DNA of 64,000 nucleotides, from assembly GCA_950097015.1 (NCBI GenBank), contig CATNEN010000032.1:992001-1056000 (forward strand), in the 5' to 3' direction. The translations under genes and the position numbers were made by a program. The notes under the pieces were generated by a model that did not search any database, was not told the DNA's origin, and worked only from the letters and a program-made list of their open reading frames with translations. Shown in pieces: positions 52,105 through 63,016 of this stretch. The DNA is from Macrostomum hystrix (taxonomy: Eukaryota; Animalia; Platyhelminthes). Within the stretch, counting starts at the first letter, position 1, and each line of letters opens with the position of its first letter.

Positions 52105-53937
52105 AAGGGTAAATTAGTTGAATCGAGGGTAAATTTGATGGATCGTGGGTAAATTTGATGGATCGAGAGTAAATTTTATGGATCGTAGGTAAATTTTATG
52201 GATCGTGGGTAAATTTGATGATCGTAGGTAAATTTGATGGATCGAGAGTAATTTCGGTGGATCGAGGGTAAATTTGATAGATAGAGAGTAAATTTTATGG
52301 ATCGTGGGTAAATTTGATGGATCGAGGGTAAACTCGGTGGATCGAGAGTAATTTCGGTGGATCGAGGGTAAATTTGATGGATCGAGAGTAAATTTGATGG
52401 ATCGTAGGTAAAATTGATGGATCAAGGGTAAACTCGGTAGATCGAGAGTAATTTCGGTGGATCGAGGGTAAATTTGATGGATCGAGAGTAAATTTGATGG
52501 ATCGTAGGTAAAATTGATGGATCAAGGGTAAACTCGGTGGATCGAGAGTAATTTCGGTGGATCGAGGGTAAATTTGATGGATCGTAGGTAAATTTGATGG
52601 ATCGTAGGTAAATTTGATGGATCGTAGGTAAATTTGATGGATCGAGGGTAAATTTGATGGATCGTAGGTAAATTTGATGGATCGTAGGTAAATTTGATGG
52701 ATCGTAGGTAAAATTGATGGATCGAGGGTAAACTCGGTGGATCGAGAGTAATTTCGGTGGATCGAGGGTAAATTTGATGGATCGTAGGTAAATTTGATGG
52801 ATCGTAGGTAAATTTGATGGATCGTAGGTAAAATTGATGGATCGAGGGTAAACTCGGTGGATCGAGAGTAATTTCGGTGGATCGAGGGTAAATTTGATGG
52901 ATCGAGGGTAAACTCGGTGGATCGAGAGTAATTTCGGTGGATCGAGGGTAAATTTGATGAATCGTAGGTAAATTTGATGGATCGTAGGTAAATTTGATGG
53001 ATCGTAGGTAAATTTGATGGATCGAGTGTAAATTTGATGGATCGAGTGTAAATTTGATGGATCGTAGGTAAATTTGATGGATCGAGAGTAAATTTGATGG
53101 ATCGTAGGTAAAATTGATGGATCAAGGGTAAACTCGGTAGATCGAGAGTAATTTCGGTGGATCGAGGGTAAATTTGATGGATCGAGAGTAAATTTGATGG
53201 ATCGTAGGTAAAATTGATGGATCAAGGGTAAACTCGGTGGATCGAGAGTAATTTCGGTGGATCGAGGGTAAATTTGATGGATCGTAGGTAAATTTGATGG
53301 ATCGTAGGTAAATTTGATGGATCGTAGGTAAATTTGATGGATCGAGGGTAAATTTGATGGATCGTAGGTAAATTTGATGGATCGTAGGTAAATTTGATGG
53401 ATCGTAGGTAAAATTGATGGATCGAGGGTAAACTCGGTGGATCGAGAGTAATTTCGGTGGATCGAGGGTAAATTTGATGGATCGTAGGTAAATTTGATGG
53501 ATCGTAGGTAAATTTGATGGATCGTAGGTAAATTTGATGGATCGTAGGTAAAATTGATGGATCGAGGGTAAACTCGGTGGATCGAGAGTAATTTCGGTGG
53601 ATCGAGGGTAAATTTGATGGATCGAGGGTAAACTCGGTGGATCGAGAGTAATTTCGGTGGATCGAGGGTAAATTTGATGAATCGTAGGTAAATTTGATGG
53701 ATCGTAGGTAAATTTGATGGATCGAGTGTAAATTTGATGGATCGAGTGTAAATTTGATGGATCGTAGGTAAATTTGATGGATCGTAGGTAAATTTGATGG
53801 ATCGTAGGTAAATTTGATGGATCGTAGGTAAATTTGATGGATCGAGGGTAAATTTGATGGATCGTAGGTAAATTTGATGGATCGAGGGTAAATTTGATGG
53901 ATCGAGTTTAAATTCGGTGGATCGAGGGTAAATTCGA
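52105..53937. repeat. 20-bp minisatellite, about 1.8 kb, with a ~700-bp higher-order duplication
   Basis: Unit GTAAATTTGATGGATCGTAG with variants; the rare variant block at 52401 recurs at 53101. Confidence 0.95.
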
Positions 53938-54068
53938 TACATGCATTCGCATTGTTTTAACTGAAATATATATTATTCGTTTATTTAGTCTATAAAAAAA
54001 CTACAAAAATGACAAGCAACACAAGCTATTGATTTGCAGCTATTAAGTTCGACCACCTCATTAGTAAA

Positions 54069-57060
54069 TCAGAACGCAGTCTCCTTTCTTTTGGCTGCTC
54101 GCTCTCGAACTAGACCGTTTCCGTTTTCCATCTTTCCTCCTTTAATTGTGCCCGAATGCTTCATTGTGACCTGCGTCTGTGATTCACTGAGCAACTGAGC
54201 AACCGACTTAGCGTTGCTATTGGGTAGTGGGATTTTGTGCTCGCAATAGTCCGCGCCAAGTAGCTCCTCTTCGGCTGACACTCGAAGGCCCATGACCCGC
54301 TTGATCAGCTGGAATAACAGGCGATAAATGATCGTATCAACTTGATCAACGATCCAGGATTCTTAAAGTTTCTTTCCATCCTCTGGGTGCTTCAGTGTGC
54401 CGCAGCCGACTGCCCTCGTCTGCATGTTCAAAGCTGTATGTACAGTCTAAATTGGCCAGTACACCTACCAGCAGCTGAGCCAGTGTGATCAGAATGGCCC
54501 ATGCGACGATGCAGAGAGCAGCCAGCAGCTGGACTCCCAGCAGGCTGAGCCCGCAGCCTCGAAAGAGGCCGCAGCGGCCTTTGGTTAGGTTCTCCAGGAT
54601 GTCCTGTCATGAGGGCAACGGTGTTGAATACGATTGTTCAAAATTAGATAGACTTAAAAATTGGGATTAACGATTTAAATTGATCACAAGACGAACCTTT
54701 TCCACAAAGAGTCCAGTTGCGGTGAGACCCCAGAAGCCGCAGACCAGGTGCACGGGTATCACACCCACCGGATCGTCGATACGCAGACGCTCAACCAATC
54801 GGGTTGTGCCAGTTGTGTACAGGCCAGCCAGGAGGCCAATCAGAAGCGCTTCCCATGGATGCGCTAGAGCGCACATGCCTTTTGGAGTGGGCGGTGGGTT
54901 CGTGGCTTGGGCTTCGGCAGAGGTGCCATAAAAGAATGCAGCAAATATTTGTATATATTTGATCTGGAACATTCGACTCATCTGGTCGTTGACTAAGTGA
55001 CAAGTGCCGTTGTTGAGGTTGTAGCCTTGTGGTTAGAGCGTCGGACTCACGATATAAAGGCCGGGGGTTCGATTCTCGACTCCATTAGAACAATTTGTGT
55101 CCTTTAGGAACACATTTAACTCTGCATTGCTTTAGTTCACCCAGCTGTTAAATGGGAACCAGCATTAGCTGGGGTAATTGAGGGTGCCAGTCCATGGACT
55201 GAACAGCCGTACGCAGCCTTCAGATGCGCGGCGCAACAGCTGCGGCTGTGCTATCGCTGCACATTTGGTATTTTCTCTGTCATACCAAACGATCAAACTG
55301 TCATCGATAAAACAAATAACTTTCGGTAGAGCAACATTTTAGGCAAGTTATACGAGTAGCTTTGTGTTTGCTTCCAGTCAAAAGCAGTTATCATTAAAAT
55401 CCGAAGAAAGTGCAATTTTCCTATCTCAGTAGTGTCTTTTCGCGAAAACCAGCCTTCAATTTTTTTAAAGAAACGTTGTTTTCCGCCCTTCTACTCCTAG
55501 TGGTCCTTGTGTCATACCTGTGATCGACACCAAGGCGCCCAGAATTCCATTCACAATATCCGCTATGTCGAATTTTCCTTTGCACAGGAGAAATCTGTGG
55601 GTAATTATTGAGTTTGAGCATTTTCACATTTTGCTATTTACACAGCAGATTTTCTAGCGCATTCAGATGCAATAACTTGCGTTAAGGTTAGACTTGACAG
55701 CCCTCCACCCATTGAAGACATGATGGTGGACACGGCGGAGCGGGCGGCCAGCTTCCACTTGCCTCCGCGGATGCCAAAGGTGCTGCCGCAGTTGAAGCCA
55801 AGCCAGCCCCACCTGAAGGCAGGTGCTTGCTTTTATGTGTGGGATATGCAGCCAGTGAAGATAGTCTCACTCAGTGGGTTCGCAAGTGCTTACCACAGCA
55901 TGAACATGCCCAGCATGACATTGGTGGGGCAGCCCATCTGAGGAGCAGCTTGGCCCTCATTGAACCTGCCGTTGCGCGGCTTGAGCAACAGGGTGGCCAC
56001 AAGTCCGGTGGTGCCGCCCAGTAGGTGCACCGGACCCACGCCGGCTATGTCCACAACGCCCAGGTCGTTAAGGAAGCCCTGGCCGGATGGTGACGTTATG
56101 GGATTTAGATGCCATGGGATGGTTCTGATCGGATACGTTGAGGTGGAGTAGTCCTCATAGATAACGCGTGTGACTTCTGCATCAAAGGCCTCGGCCTCGT
56201 ATCAGCGTCAATAAGTACAGACGCTATTACAGTCGGTCGGTTATCATCAGGAGCAGCCTCACCTTGGTGCCCCAGAACCAGTGCGCCGGAATACAATAGA
56301 TGACAGTGTTGAGCAGAGAGAAGACAATATAGGAAGTGAGCTTCGTCCTTTCGGCCATGGCTCCTGACACAATAGTTGTGGCGGTGGTGGCGAAGCTCAT
56401 CTGGAAGATGAAGGTGGTGAACTTCTGGCCCATAGTGTCCGGCCCAGCGTCGACAAAGAATTCGCCCCAGCCAACGAAGGCGTTGTTGCCCTGGTCGGTG
56501 CCGAATGACAGCGCGTAGCCGAACATCCAGTAGGTTAGGCCGCCGAACACCACGTCCACGACATTCTTGACCATGATGTTGACCTCATTGCGCGGGTTCA
56601 CGCTGCCGGATTCCAGTAGGCCGAAGCCTGCACAGGAGTTTTCAACGGTGATTTTCTGACAGAAATTTCTGTCATATTGATGAACGATTAACGTTGCTTG
56701 CCAGGAAACTGCCATTATTTACCTATCTATAGCTCTCTGAAGTGCATTTTACTCCATAAATTATTCAGGAAATGCAATTTGCTGAACTGCGGCACTCCTG
56801 TAAACAAATACTAATTTCTGAACGTGATCCCTGACAATGACCGTTGTTGCATCCTCACTAAATATTTATCAACCTGAAAAAACTTCCCTGAAGATGAATC
56901 GCTGCTTACCTGATTGCATAGTGAAGATAACAAATGTGGATGTCAGAATCCAGGTGGCGTCATCCCAGGTGATAGTCTTGAGATCTTCTAGAGTCGAAGT
57001 GACAGCAGGCACTGTTGATGTCGCACCAGTCACAGCTCTGCTACCATTGATGAGCGCCAT
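54069..57060 (-). CDS. amt: Ammonium transporter (Amt family), 488 aa; exons 57060-56910, 56627-56263, 56078-55894, 55812-55681, 55594-55518, 54878-54697, 54603-54469, 54308-54069
   Basis: FTMQSGFGLLESG; FQMSFATTATTIVSGAMAER; DIAGVGPVH and IDDPVGVIPVH (twin His); WWGWLGFNCGS; NGILGALVSIT; GLRVSAEEELLGAD. Phases are consistent with one GC-AG intron; total 1467 nt. Confidence 0.95.
55014..55265 (+). mobile_element. tRNA-derived SINE copy in an Amt intron (antisense to the gene), 3'-truncated
   Basis: Collinear with the 28.0-kb copy from TGAGGTTGTAGCC to GCTGCACAT. Confidence 0.85.
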
Positions 57061-58746
57061 GTCTGCACAATGGCAACAGCGGTGACAAACATGAAAATAA
57101 ACGATGAGAGATGGCTAAATGAGGAGGAGCTTGACAACCCTTCTGGATATGGAAGATTGTCATTCTTATTGCACCCTAGAGCGACTCAGATGTCCAATTA
57201 TCGCACTATAGCATGAGTAAGCGTCTTACAAATTACGCGTAGGACCAACGCCTGGTTTATACACGACCTTTAGTTTTGTTCGCAATTCAGCTAGACAAGC
57301 ACTGGTGACGACGAATCAGGTTTCATAGGTGACACCAGTGCCAAGATGTGGCAAGCTGTGACAAGCTGTGTACTTTTAATAAAGTCGACAATGTAGTCGA
57401 TAATGCTCTGCCTTTCCAATCAATCGTGATTCATTTCGCCCTTTTGGCTACTTGAAGTACTCACACTAGAGCATATTAGCTGATGAACGATAATGCATTT
57501 TTAGTACTACTTAATTACGATGTCAATTTCATCTTTTATAACTCAACACGCGTGCATTTTCTTCTCATGCAATGATTTTAAATATTTAGCTTGACAATCA
57601 GTTACAGACAGTAGGTGCTTATTGATTTGTTTGAGTCGCTCACACATAAACACAAGACTGCTCATGCTTAGAACCGACGAATCTCATGCTAGTTACACGA
57701 CCTGAATGCAATTTTTTAACGTTAAATTTAAATTGCCAAACTAATATGCTAAAATTCTAAAAATTATTTTAATAGAAAAGTTAAAATTGCTAACGGCTTT
57801 TCTCGACGTTAAAGCAAGTGTAGCCCACTTCTTTTGAAATTGCACTTCAGATGTATTTTCAGGATTCCGAAAGTCAGAAGCTTTTTCTTTCGTTTGACCA
57901 GCTACGTTTCGTTGGCATGCATCGGTTGCCATGTCGACCAAGCTGAGTAGACTATAGACTATTCACAAATTAGTAGTATGTGGGCAAGAGCAGGTTTAGA
58001 GGCCAATTTGGGTAGTTTTTTAATGCATTGCTAACCCCTCCCAAGCACACAGAGGCTCACTAAACAAAAAATATATTCATGCATCCACACTGTGTGGTTG
58101 CTACGCTCAAAGCATTGTTTTGGCCCTGCGCACACCGGAGGACAGAGTCGGCCCGTCTAATAGGAAGTCTCTTAGGGCGATACTTGGGAAGGATCGAAGA
58201 ACTGCCTGCTCAGGAGAAGAGAAATTCACTCATGAAGAGTCTAGTATGCGAGAGCTGAAAAGAAATTTGCAATGCAGTTAGGAAATACGAGAGCGCGGCG
58301 CAAACAAAGGCTGAGCAGCGCTAGAAGGACAGGTGAGGAAATTTTCAGTGGATTATTGGAGAGGCGGCTGCTGCTGGACCTATTGTTATGTTTGCTTGCA
58401 CCCACTACCCGGGCTTCGCTTGGATCTACCAGCCCACCTCTCTGGTTGCTAAGCAGGCCTTGAGGTAGGCTGCATTTGAGACTAAGACCCGGAATCCGCT
58501 CTTCTCTCCCTCTCTATCCCAATTTCTCTGTCTCTATCTGATGTTGCATGTCGGGGGGCAGGCTGCCAGGCAACGGCGTCCCGCGTTGCCATGCCGGCTA
58601 CCCTCCGCTCACCCTAAAAGCTTCGTCGGGCAGGTAAGAGGGAGTTGGGAGAGAGAGGCTAAAAGCAGACAGAAGCAGCAGCAAAACCAGAGCGCAGAGG
58701 CAGAGGTAGAACAAGTGACGGAGCCAACTCACACCGCAGCGCAGCA

Positions 58747-59949
58747 ATGGGTTTCAAGTTCGGCAACATCGAGATCGACACCGACTATTCATCGTCGGAG
58801 ACTTCTCTTGCCTCGTCCAGCTCTGACGAGGAGAAAAAGATGACAAAGAAGGCTTCAAAGGGCAAGGATCACAAGTACAGGCCCGACAAGGTCGAGGCGT
58901 ATGAGAGCATCATCGGGCCGCCCACCTATAGGAAGAAGGGCGACGATCGGAAGAAGACCAGATTCCTGCCGCCGCCGCAGGTGCACGCTGAGACCGAGTA
59001 CAAGCCGGTACCGAAGGATATTCCCAAGGATGTTGGCCGCCTGGACGGCAAGTCCGTGCGGGACGCCCTGCTAAAGTACGTGCAGTCACAGTCCTGCTGG
59101 CGCACGGGAGCCGCCGAGGTCATGGAGCTCTCGGATCTGAAGCTGAACAGCGCCCTGGTCTACCGCTTGGAGATGTTCGTCGAGGAGCGCAAAGTCAAGT
59201 GGAAGACGATCGGCTACAAAAAAGGCGACGTCGTTGATCCGCCGAAGGCCGGCGGCGCTCCCATGCCCTGGGATCTGGAGATGAAACCAACGAACAGCTG
59301 GAAGAACGGCAAATGCAAGAAGGAGGTGCCCCACACGGGTTCCGTGCGCAAGTGCTGGTACTGCAAGGGCAAAGGCCAGGTGCGCTGCCGCGACTGCAAG
59401 GGCAAGGAGTTCTTCTCTTGTGAGCAGTGCAGCGGCAGCGGCCAGCGGGAGGGACCCGAAGGACCCCAGCCGTGCGGCTTTTGCAGTGGCAGCGGCCAGA
59501 GGGCTTGCGGCCGTTGCCACGGACACGGAAAGTACAAGTGCAAGACCTGCGACGGACACAAGAAGCTCAAGTGGTACGTGCAGAACCTCACGAGGTGGGA
59601 GGCGCATGTAGAGGACAAAATCCACGAGGAAACTGCTCTGCCAGATAAGCTCGTGTCGGAAGTGAAAGGCCAGGAGGTCTATTGCGACGAGAACCCTGTC
59701 CTGGTGCCGTTGTCCGACTTCCCAGAGGAGCACATTCAGAAGTTCTCCAAGGAGCTGCTGCCGGCTATGTCTGCCAAGTACACGAAGGAGGGCCGCATCT
59801 TGGCCATGCGTCATAGAGTACTGGTAACGCCAGTCACCGAGGTCAACTGGAAGTTTGACGGCCATGGTGGAAAGTTCTTCGTCTACGGCCTGGACCGGAA
59901 AGTTTACTTTCCGGATTATCCGCAGCAGTGTTGTTGCTCGCTGCTCTGA
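58747..59949 (+). CDS. SSUH2: SSUH2 homolog (DnaJ-type zinc-finger repeats), 400 aa, single coding exon
   Basis: YRLEMFVEERK; KKEVPHTGSVRKCWYCKGKG; several CxxCxGxG motifs; VYGLDRKVYFPDYPQQCCCSLL C-terminus. Confidence 0.9.
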   Translation: MGFKFGNIEIDTDYSSSETSLASSSSDEEKKMTKKASKGKDHKYRPDKVEAYESIIGPPTYRKKGDDRKKTRFLPPPQVHAETEYKPVPKDIPKDVGRLDGKSVRDALLKYVQSQSCWRTGAAEVMELSDLKLNSALVYRLEMFVEERKVKWKTIGYKKGDVVDPPKAGGAPMPWDLEMKPTNSWKNGKCKKEVPHTGSVRKCWYCKGKGQVRCRDCKGKEFFSCEQCSGSGQREGPEGPQPCGFCSGSGQRACGRCHGHGKYKCKTCDGHKKLKWYVQNLTRWEAHVEDKIHEETALPDKLVSEVKGQEVYCDENPVLVPLSDFPEEHIQKFSKELLPAMSAKYTKEGRILAMRHRVLVTPVTEVNWKFDGHGGKFFVYGLDRKVYFPDYPQQCCCSLL

Positions 59950-60995
59950 GCGCCGATCTCATCTTTTCTATTAACGGTTTTACTGCAGTGTGTGATGTCG
60001 ATTTTGATTCAAATCTGTCGCTTCTCCCTCCTTTCTATATCACTTTTTGTGTTGTCTGAAACTTTCGTTTTAAGCCAATCTATCTCCCGAGCGCCGGAAT
60101 TCCGTGCAAAATGCCATCCAAGCTTGACAGCAGAAAATAACGAAAAGCGCTATTGGTATAATACTCACAAAATCGCAACCCTTTACAATATGCGAGCTCT
60201 CAAAATTAAAACAGTAGCAAAAAATAACTTTTGATTAACTCTCGCATATTGGTAGAATTGTAGCTAGATCGTTATTTTAATATTTAGTTATTTTTTTCTT
60301 AGATTTTTAAGCACGTGTGCACCCACAACTCCTGCGGACTTTTGTTTCGAATGCTTGGTGCACTCTTCGTACGATGCATTAATTTGGTAGCAAGCTTTTT
60401 AAGCTTAAGATGAATTTTGTTCCTGTGTTTGGTTCGTATTATTTTGTAATACAAAAAGGCTGATTAAAAATAAACTGACTTTCGAATTTCTGAGCTAATT
60501 TAAGTTACAAGTCTGAATAAACAGAACTATTTTGTTGTACTTAGCAAGCAGACTTCATTTTATTGTTGCTTTGTTTTGAACAACTAAAAATGATGAAACA
60601 ATTGAAAGTCTTTCTTTGAAAGTTTATTAAGAAACGATAGTGATAAACGATTGTTAATTCCAATTTACCATCTACTTCATTTTAATATAAGTAGAAACCA
60701 AAACTATTTACTCAGTAAGGCACTGTGAAGGAGCCTTGAATTAGCCCAGTTTTTTCAAGTTTTGAAGATTTTTGCCAGTTAAAAAAATATTACATGTGTT
60801 ATGTATACTACTCACACTCGTTTTAGTGCATTTATATTGGCGTGGCTGCCTAAGAACATTTTACTAGAATGTTGGTATATATAACTTTCTCTTGATTTGC
60901 ACTTAATAGAAAAGTTGCTTATTTGAACAATGATTTTCGTGATATTTTAAGTCAAAAGTCTGTCAACGAAAATGTTTTTAAAAAGCAAAAGTATA

Positions 60996-61067
60996 TTCCC
61001 TGACCGGGAGTCGAACCCGGGCCGCCTGGGTGAGAGCCAGGAATCCTAACCGCTAGACCATCAGGGA
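60996..61067 (-). tRNA. trnE: tRNA-Glu (anticodon CTC)
   Basis: TCCCTGATGGTCTAGCGGTTAGGATTCCTGGCTCTCACCCAGGCGGCCCGGGTTCGACTCCCGGTCAGGGAA, 72 nt, intact cloverleaf; followed by T-runs (Pol III terminator). Confidence 0.97.
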
Positions 61068-61445
61068 CCTTAAAAGAAGTGTGTCATACTAGAAATTTAC
61101 TCTAATGTTAGCCTACTGCACGAGAAATAAATTTTGCCGTTGCTGGTGGGTCGTTCAGGGACCTGAACTATGCCACATTATTTAACTCTACCAAAATCAA
61201 AATACTTTTTTTCTTCCTCTCGTCAGCTTTAGCGCAACCATTAAGGCTGGTTCGCACTGCCATCAAACGGGAAAAAATCACATTTACACACATCATTTAT
61301 TTGTAAATACATTAAAATGTACCCCAAAACTGTTGTGTAAGCGGACCGTTGTTGGGTTGCGAGCGTAGAAAAGATATAAGATGTTAAGATTGATCAAATG
61401 TCTGGTATTTAACCAGCCGTGTTGACGACTCTTAGGCAGCCACGC

Positions 61446-61738
61446 CATGTTCTTTGTTCCGAGAACATGTTCGTTTAAATTAATAAGGCTACTTAATGTA
61501 TATTAATGAATTAATAACATGAAGAAAAAACTATGCCTTCCTTGGCATGAGGTCAACAAACAATACAGAGTTAAACCATGTGTGTGTTAAACCTTACTAG
61601 ACATAGTATGGGTTTACTCTGTCTTGTTTGTTGACCTCATGCCAAGGAAGGCATAGTTTTTTCTTCATGTTATTAATTCATTAATATACATTAAGCCTTA
61701 ATAATTTAAAAGAACATGTTCTCGGAACAAAGAACATG
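61446..61738. mobile_element. Foldback/MITE-like near-perfect palindrome
   Basis: ~130-bp inverted arms (CATGTTCTTTGTTCCGAGAACATGTTC... / ...GAACATGTTCTCGGAACAAAGAACATG) with a ~30-bp loop. Possible outer TIRs CCGTGTTGAC (~61417) and GTCAACACGG (61791). Confidence 0.75.
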
Positions 61739-62369
61739 TTCGGAGTTGCCTATTAGGCGACCGTCGCACATGTTCGATTACTGTTTCTTAGTCAACACGG
61801 TTGATTTAACACACTTGCTGCTGATTTACAAATGATTACAGATTTAAGACTTTCTAGTATTCAGTTTTTACTAACGTTTTACAAAAAACATTTTAGTGAT
61901 ATTACATAATATTGTATTTTCTTTTGTTTTACTTTTTTTTCTAAGAACCCGTTTCATATTTAAATCGTGCTAGTTTTTATAAGATTATATTATATGTGGT
62001 GCTTAATTATACTGATGATTTATTCATTTGTAAATGTTTATTATTTGTTTCTTGAGCATTGCACACTTCTAATTTTATTGAATATATTCTGTTCTGGGAT
62101 GGTTGTCAGATAATCACTTGTGCGACGTAAATATTGACAACAAACCTATTTATAAGATGCATTCTTTCGTTTTACGATCCCGTGTAAAAGGCAGTCGGAT
62201 AGTGGAAAACGGACGAAACGTAATCCAATTAATGTCTATGCAGACAGTTTTCTAGTGATGTTCATTTGAAGTCTCTAGTTCGTTTGACCAAAACTACGCA
62301 ATCAAACGGAACCCTATATATTCATTTTCATTCATGTATTCGATCTTTCAAATAAATGAAATATATTTA

Positions 62370-63016
62370 GGTAGTTGTTATTTGTCCGGTTAACCGGACA
62401 AATAGCCGTTTGATTATTCGTCCGGTTAACCGGACAAATAGCCATTTGGTTATTCGTCCGGTTAACCGGACAAATAGCCGTTTGATTATTCGTCCGGTTA
62501 ACCGGTTAACAGTGACTTTGCTATCAACCACTGATGTCAAAGTGGTGGTAATATTCATGTAGGCATCGTTTCTTAGAAATGTTTATCATATAAATCCATT
62601 GTTGAGTTAGCTGAGTCCCTGGCAAATTAGGAAACTAAAAGCTAACCTATCTAACTAAAAGGGCAATTGATCTATATATGCTATCTATATATAATTTTAG
62701 GTTGCCGACAGACCAATGCCTGGATCAAGGAACAACTATGTCTTTGTTTATATATATATATATCTTAATATATTGCCTCTTAATAGCCATAGCCAATAGC
62801 CATTTGATTATTTGTCCGGTTAAATTAAAACCAAAACTTTTCGGTGCTGACTATATCTCCTGCATCAAAGTCACTGTTAACTGGTTAACCGGACGAATAA
62901 TCAAACGGCTATTTGTCCGGTTAACCGGACGAATAATCAAACGGCTATTTGTCCGGTTAACCGGACGAATAACCAAATGGCTATTTGTCCGGTTAACCGG
63001 ACAAATAACAACTACC
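62370..63016. mobile_element. Non-autonomous Mutator-like (MULE) element, 647 bp
   Basis: ~150-bp TIRs starting GGTAGTTG; 9-bp TSD ATATATTTA (62361-62369 and 63017-63025); TIRs contain 36-bp tandem units with a palindromic core. Confidence 0.85.

Noticed and set aside
52114-53942. IHQIYLRSIKF repeat ORFs
   Set aside because: Translations of the 20-bp array.
58541-59865. Overlapping and antisense ORFs at SSUH2 (likewise antisense ORFs at ASS1, the peptidase and the NHL gene)
   Set aside because: Shadow ORFs produced by GC-rich codon usage in the real genes.
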